Assembly (NCBI GenBank): GCA_041651015.1
Contig: JBAZKA010000001.1
Location: forward strand, 141,158 to 205,157
DNA: 64,000 nucleotides
DNA from: Patescibacteria group bacterium
Lineage (GTDB): Bacteria; Patescibacteriota; Patescibacteriia; Magasanikbacterales; GWA2-37-8
Reading direction: 5' to 3'
A program made the translations under genes and the position numbers. This document shows positions 60,285 to 64,000 of the stretch, piece by piece; the first letter of the stretch is position 1, and each line of letters opens with the position of its first letter. The notes under the pieces were generated by a model. It ran no database searches. It saw only the letters and a program-made list of their open reading frames with translations, and was not told the DNA's origin.

Positions 60285-60641
60285 ATGCCAACTATAAAGA
60301 GAAAGAAAATCGAGATTGACGCCGCGGGCCAGACCCCGGGACGATTGGCCACGCGCATCGCCATGATTTTGATGGGCAAAGCCAAAGTCGGTTATCGCAC
60401 CAATGTTGATTCGGGCGATAAAATTCTTGTCTCCAACGTCAAAGACATGAAATTTACCGGCAAAAAAATTGACCAAAAACTTTATCGTCATCATTCCATG
60501 CACCCGGGAGGTTTGAAAGAAATTCCGGCCAAGAAAATGATGGCGGAAAAGCCGGAAGATGTTTTGCGACACGCTGTTGCTTGCATGATTCCGAAGAACA
60601 AGCTTCGCACCCAACGAATGCTTCGCTTGAAGTTTAATTAA
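60285..60641 (+). CDS. rplM: 50S ribosomal protein L13
   Basis: ATG at 60285 (MPTIKRKKIEIDAAGQ…); the track's upstream extension is rejected. Confidence 0.85.
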   Translation: MPTIKRKKIEIDAAGQTPGRLATRIAMILMGKAKVGYRTNVDSGDKILVSNVKDMKFTGKKIDQKLYRHHSMHPGGLKEIPAKKMMAEKPEDVLRHAVACMIPKNKLRTQRMLRLKFN

Positions 60642-60643
60642 TT

Positions 60644-60775
60644 TACCCTGTTAAATAATTTTAATTTTTAAATTAAAATTAAATTTTGCCAGATGGGGTA
60701 AGGATAAATTATTAATGTTAATAAAATAAAAATAAATTTTACACGATAACTTCGGCAAAATTTATTTAACAGGGT
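60644..60775 (+). other. structured AT-rich spacer with 24 bp of long-range inverted repeat (candidate rpsI leader / cis-regulatory RNA)
   Basis: ACCCTGTTAAATAA (60644-60657) pairs with TTATTTAACAGGGT (60762-60775); inner AAATTTTGCC / GGCAAAATTT; ends 5 nt before the rpsI ATG. Confidence 0.4.
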
Positions 60776-60780
60776 GAACT

Positions 60781-61356
60781 ATGCCTACGAAAACAACAAC
60801 CAAAACAACAGCCAAAGCCAAACCGGCGGTGAAAGCCCATCCGGCCAAAGCTCCGACCAAGAAAGTTGAAAAAATTGAAAAGGTGGAAAAATTAGAGAAA
60901 GTGGAAAAGAAAATGGAAAAAATTGAAGTGGTGGTGACGGAAAAATTCACTGACAAGAAAACTTCAGCCGGCGATACCAGCCGCGCGGTCGGCAGACGCA
61001 AACGCGCCTCGGCCCGCGTCCGCATCAGCCTGGGCAAAGGTGAGATCACAGTCAACGGCCAACCGCTCAAAAAATATTTTCCGTATTTTGCCATGCAAGA
61101 AGCGATAATTTTACCGCTTAAATCCATGGGCAAAGATAAAACCATGGATGTGTCCGTGAAAGTGCAAGGCGGTGGCAAAAAAGGCCAAGCTGACGCAATC
61201 AAACACGGCATTGCCCGCGCTCTCGTGGCTTGGAATGAAGAATTCAAGAAAACCTTGAAATCCCTCGGACTTTTGACTCGCGACGCGAGAATCAAAGAAC
61301 GCAAGAAATTCGGTTTAAAACGCGCCCGCCGAGCACCGCAATGGAGCAAACGTTAA
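60781..61356 (+). CDS. rpsI: 30S ribosomal protein S9 with N-terminal lysine/glutamate-rich repeat extension
   Basis: C-terminal uS9 core ending …KKFGLKRARRAPQWSKR; N-terminal ~60 aa with (K/E)VEK(I/L)EK repeats. Confidence 0.85.
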   Translation: MPTKTTTKTTAKAKPAVKAHPAKAPTKKVEKIEKVEKLEKVEKKMEKIEVVVTEKFTDKKTSAGDTSRAVGRRKRASARVRISLGKGEITVNGQPLKKYFPYFAMQEAIILPLKSMGKDKTMDVSVKVQGGGKKGQADAIKHGIARALVAWNEEFKKTLKSLGLLTRDARIKERKKFGLKRARRAPQWSKR

Positions 61357-61582
61357 GGACACGTGTCATGCTGAACTTGTTTCAGCATCCTATACCATTA
61401 TACAAAAACACCTCTTTACAGGGGTGTTTTTTTGCGTTTACAGGGCGTAGCCGAAGGCGAAGCCTTGTCATCCCGAGCATAGTCGAGGGATCCCTGCCTG
61501 CCGGCAGGCAGGCCTTGTCGCGCGTCATTTTTTCACGTATAATTTATCCCAAGGGCGGGGGCTTTTTTATATAAAAATTTTT

Positions 61583-62230
61583 ATGAAAATCAAGGAGGTA
61601 CCCAAGGCCGAACGGCCGCGGGAAAAGTTTGCCAAACGCGGTGCCGTCGGTTTGACCGATCACGAACTTATGGCCATTTTGATACGCACCGGCATCAAAG
61701 GAAAAAATGTAGTTGTTCTAGCCAAACAAATTCTGAAAATTATCCAACAAATTGGCGTGGACAAAATTACTCTCGCTGATTTATTACAGATAAAAGGTTT
61801 GGGTCAAATAAAGGCCGGGCAAATCCTCGCCAGCCTTGAACTCGGCCGACGCTTGTTGCAAAATAAAAAAACCGAGCTCGTTTTATCCGCGCGGGATGTT
61901 TGGGACAAAATGGAAGACTTGCGCGACAGCAAAAAAGAACATTTTGTCGTTTTCTTTTTAGATACTCAGCATCAAATTATCAAACGGGAAATAATTTCCA
62001 TCGGCACGCTCAATGAAAGTCTGATTCATCCGCGCGAAGTGTTTGAGCCGGCCGTGCGCTACCTCACGGCCCAAATAATCGTCGCCCATAATCATCCGTC
62101 CGGGAATCTCACACCTTCGCCCGAGGACATTGCCGTCACCAAACGTTTGGCCGAGGCCGGGGATTTGCTCGGGATTGAGCTTTTGGACCATGTGATTGTG
62201 ACGAGCGAGGGGTTTGGGAGTGTGAAATAA
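61583..62230 (+). CDS. radC: RadC-like JAB/MPN domain protein
   Basis: HNHPSG JAMM motif and HhH N-terminal region. Confidence 0.75.
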   Translation: MKIKEVPKAERPREKFAKRGAVGLTDHELMAILIRTGIKGKNVVVLAKQILKIIQQIGVDKITLADLLQIKGLGQIKAGQILASLELGRRLLQNKKTELVLSARDVWDKMEDLRDSKKEHFVVFFLDTQHQIIKREIISIGTLNESLIHPREVFEPAVRYLTAQIIVAHNHPSGNLTPSPEDIAVTKRLAEAGDLLGIELLDHVIVTSEGFGSVK

Positions 62231-62239
62231 TAATATATT

Positions 62240-62860
62240 ATGTTAAATAATTATACAGAAAAATTAAAATCAGCGTTAAAAAAACGAGTTTATATTTACA
62301 TTGACGCGGCTAATTTTGAGCGTTCGGTTCAAGATATGTGGGTAAATTCAAAAGATATACCCAATGATTTAAAAAATAATTTAGCCGGAGAATTACGATA
62401 TCGCATTGATTATCTAAAAGTTAAGGAATATTTTGCCGGCATATCTGATTCAAAAGAAATAAAATTTTACTCCGCTGATTTTGGCGATGAAAAACACGCC
62501 AAGTTTTTATGGTTTCTTAAGAAAGTTTTAAAATATAAGTTAGAAACAAAGCCGCTTAAGGAATATCTTGATCACACTCCTGAAGCACCGCATCGAAAAG
62601 CTAATTTTGATGTGGAATTAGCAGTTGATGCGACATATAATTTAGATAAATACGACACATTAGTTTTATTTTCCGGTGATTGTGATTTTGAATACCTGAT
62701 TAAATTTTTAAAAGGTCATGGAAAGGTTGTTATCGTTTTTTCTCGCGCCGGTCATGTTGCCAAGGAGCTTCCACCAGCCAGCAGTTATTATTTTGATATA
62801 GTAGACTTTAGACAGGAATTGTTGAAAATAGAGCCTAAGACGCAAAAAATCCCGCTTTAG
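62240..62860 (+). CDS. NYN-domain (LabA-like/PIN-like) protein
   Basis: YIDAANF, DVELAVDA and SGDCDF acidic motifs typical of NYN/LabA nucleases. Confidence 0.6.
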   Translation: MLNNYTEKLKSALKKRVYIYIDAANFERSVQDMWVNSKDIPNDLKNNLAGELRYRIDYLKVKEYFAGISDSKEIKFYSADFGDEKHAKFLWFLKKVLKYKLETKPLKEYLDHTPEAPHRKANFDVELAVDATYNLDKYDTLVLFSGDCDFEYLIKFLKGHGKVVIVFSRAGHVAKELPPASSYYFDIVDFRQELLKIEPKTQKIPL

Positions 62861-63088
62861 GCGGGATTCTGCAGTTGATTTCAAGTGATACTGCTATCAC
62901 CTGTAATCCCAGTATACAAATTTTTGGCGGTTTTGTCAAGTTATCCACAGGCACGTGTCTGTTTGTCATTGCGAGGACCCGCCTTGGGCGGGTCCGTGGC
63001 AATCTATCGGTCGGCGCGCATTGTCTTTTCCTCTCTTTTAGCATATAATTGGAGTAGGGAATAGCCCTGTTATTTTGATATATAAGTT

Positions 63089-64000
63089 ATGGCGAACAAA
63101 AATCTTACAAATGCAAAAAAAGCAAAGAATGACGAATTTTATACCCAGTTCGGCGATATTCAGAAAGAGATTCAAGCATATCTGGATTATAATTCCGATG
63201 CATTCCGTAAAAAGGTTGTATATTGCAATTGCGATGATCCGTTTGAAAGCAATTTCTTTCGATATTTCGTACTCAACTTCAACAAGCTTGGGTTAAAACA
63301 GCTTATCACCACCAGCTACAAGCCATCGCCCGTAGCCAACACGCAATTAGGATTGTTTGGTGATGATAAATCCCTCCCGATATCCAAAGGCCGTCCGAAG
63401 GTGACTGCCAATAAATTTATTATTAATGATGTACGCGACATTGACGGCGACGGCGAGTTTAATTTGAAGGACATTGCTCAACAATTAAAAGCCAACAAAC
63501 ATAACGAATGGACACCGCTTGAAGGCGATGGCGATTTTCGTAGCGAGGAATCTATAGAGTTACTGAAGCAATCTGATATTGTGGTGACTAACCCGCCATT
63601 TAGTTTATTTCGTGAGTACATAAAACAACTTGTTGGTTATGATAAAAAGTTTTTGATAATTGGCAACCTGAACGCAATTACCTACAAAGAAGTATTTCCG
63701 TTACTTAAAGAGAATAAAGTTTGGTTAGGTAATAATTGCAGAGTCAATGGCGGCGCAATGTTTTTTGAGATACCAGAAAATATTGCTAATTTGGAGCAAG
63801 TTCGTGAAATAAAAACAAATGAAAGCGGGAAGAAAGTTTATATCACCAGAGTGCAAGGTGTTCGTTGGTTTACTAATATTGACCATGGACGCCGTCACCA
63901 ACCAATACCACTTATGACCAAGGCGGAGGTGATCAAATTTGTAACGAAAAAACCTTTTGAAAAATATGATAATTACGACGCGATAGAAATTTCGTTAGTT
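63089..64000 (+). CDS. EcoRI-family N6-adenine DNA methyltransferase, partial (continues beyond window)
   Basis: Manual translation from ATG 63089 is open to the window end. NAKKAKNDEFYTQF and KVVYCNCDDP resemble M.EcoRI (from memory); NPPF catalytic motif. Preceded by TTGTCT-17-TATAAT. Confidence 0.55.
   Translation, partial: MANKNLTNAKKAKNDEFYTQFGDIQKEIQAYLDYNSDAFRKKVVYCNCDDPFESNFFRYFVLNFNKLGLKQLITTSYKPSPVANTQLGLFGDDKSLPISKGRPKVTANKFIINDVRDIDGDGEFNLKDIAQQLKANKHNEWTPLEGDGDFRSEESIELLKQSDIVVTNPPFSLFREYIKQLVGYDKKFLIIGNLNAITYKEVFPLLKENKVWLGNNCRVNGGAMFFEIPENIANLEQVREIKTNESGKKVYITRVQGVRWFTNIDHGRRHQPIPLMTKAEVIKFVTKKPFEKYDNYDAIEISLV

Noticed and set aside
60762-61349. 195-aa minus-strand ORF antisense to rpsI
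   Set aside because: Fully overlaps the well-supported uS9 gene; low-complexity translation; antisense shadow ORF.
63075-63296. 73-aa ORF from the track at the methyltransferase locus
   Set aside because: Different frame (TTG start) from the long open frame beginning at ATG 63089 that carries EcoRI-methylase-like motifs.

Overview
Gene-dense, low-GC bacterial window of roughly 40% GC by eye. Its gene content points to a Patescibacteria/CPR-like genome, which is an inference. Supporting observations: rpoA has no alpha-CTD, AlaRS is short, and bL21 and bL27 are uncoupled. There are many glycosyltransferases and large secreted repeat proteins, and most genes lack an obvious SD. Housekeeping blocks: transketolase, P-type ATPase, rlmN, a PBP (FtsI-like) with murF, a tRNA-Glu with its own promoter and terminator, rarA/queH/tsaE, recR-ybaB-dnaB, mnmA, alaS, and a ribosomal/RNAP cluster infA-rpmJ-rpsM-rpsK-rpsD-rpoA-rplQ-rplM-rpsI. 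A ~14.5 kb locus at 23.6-38.1 kb encodes a complete ABC-transporter-dependent, fucose-containing glycan pathway: gmd, fcl, wzm/wzt, GT11 fucosyltransferase, GT2, GT4, ugd, epimerases, a SAM methyltransferase, a split transketolase pair, then wecA. Items of interest: (1) a 1.2 kb GC-rich island (~55% GC) of three translationally coupled small ORFs with no recognisable domains; (2) an 862-aa surface protein with an exact 378-nt tandem duplication inside a 792-nt repeat unit; (3) a two-gene operon encoding a small coiled-coil protein and a 684-aa protein whose C-terminus looks like a degenerate GGDEF/nucleotide-cyclase palm domain; (4) a short AT-rich repeat (AATGTCAAATTTCCAATGTCAAAT) that encodes the in-frame peptide NVKFP in three unrelated proteins (QueH, TsaE, MnmA); (5) a recurring CTTTATAA tandem motif cassette upstream of tkt, rpmA and infA; (6) a candidate ~120-nt structured ncRNA with its own promoter between dnaB and ybaB; (7) an orphan TraD/VirD4-like ATPase next to HIT and a duplicated zinc-ribbon protein; (8) a RadC - NYN - EcoRI-family m6A methyltransferase cluster at the window end. 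No CRISPR array, rRNA, integrase or transposase was seen.
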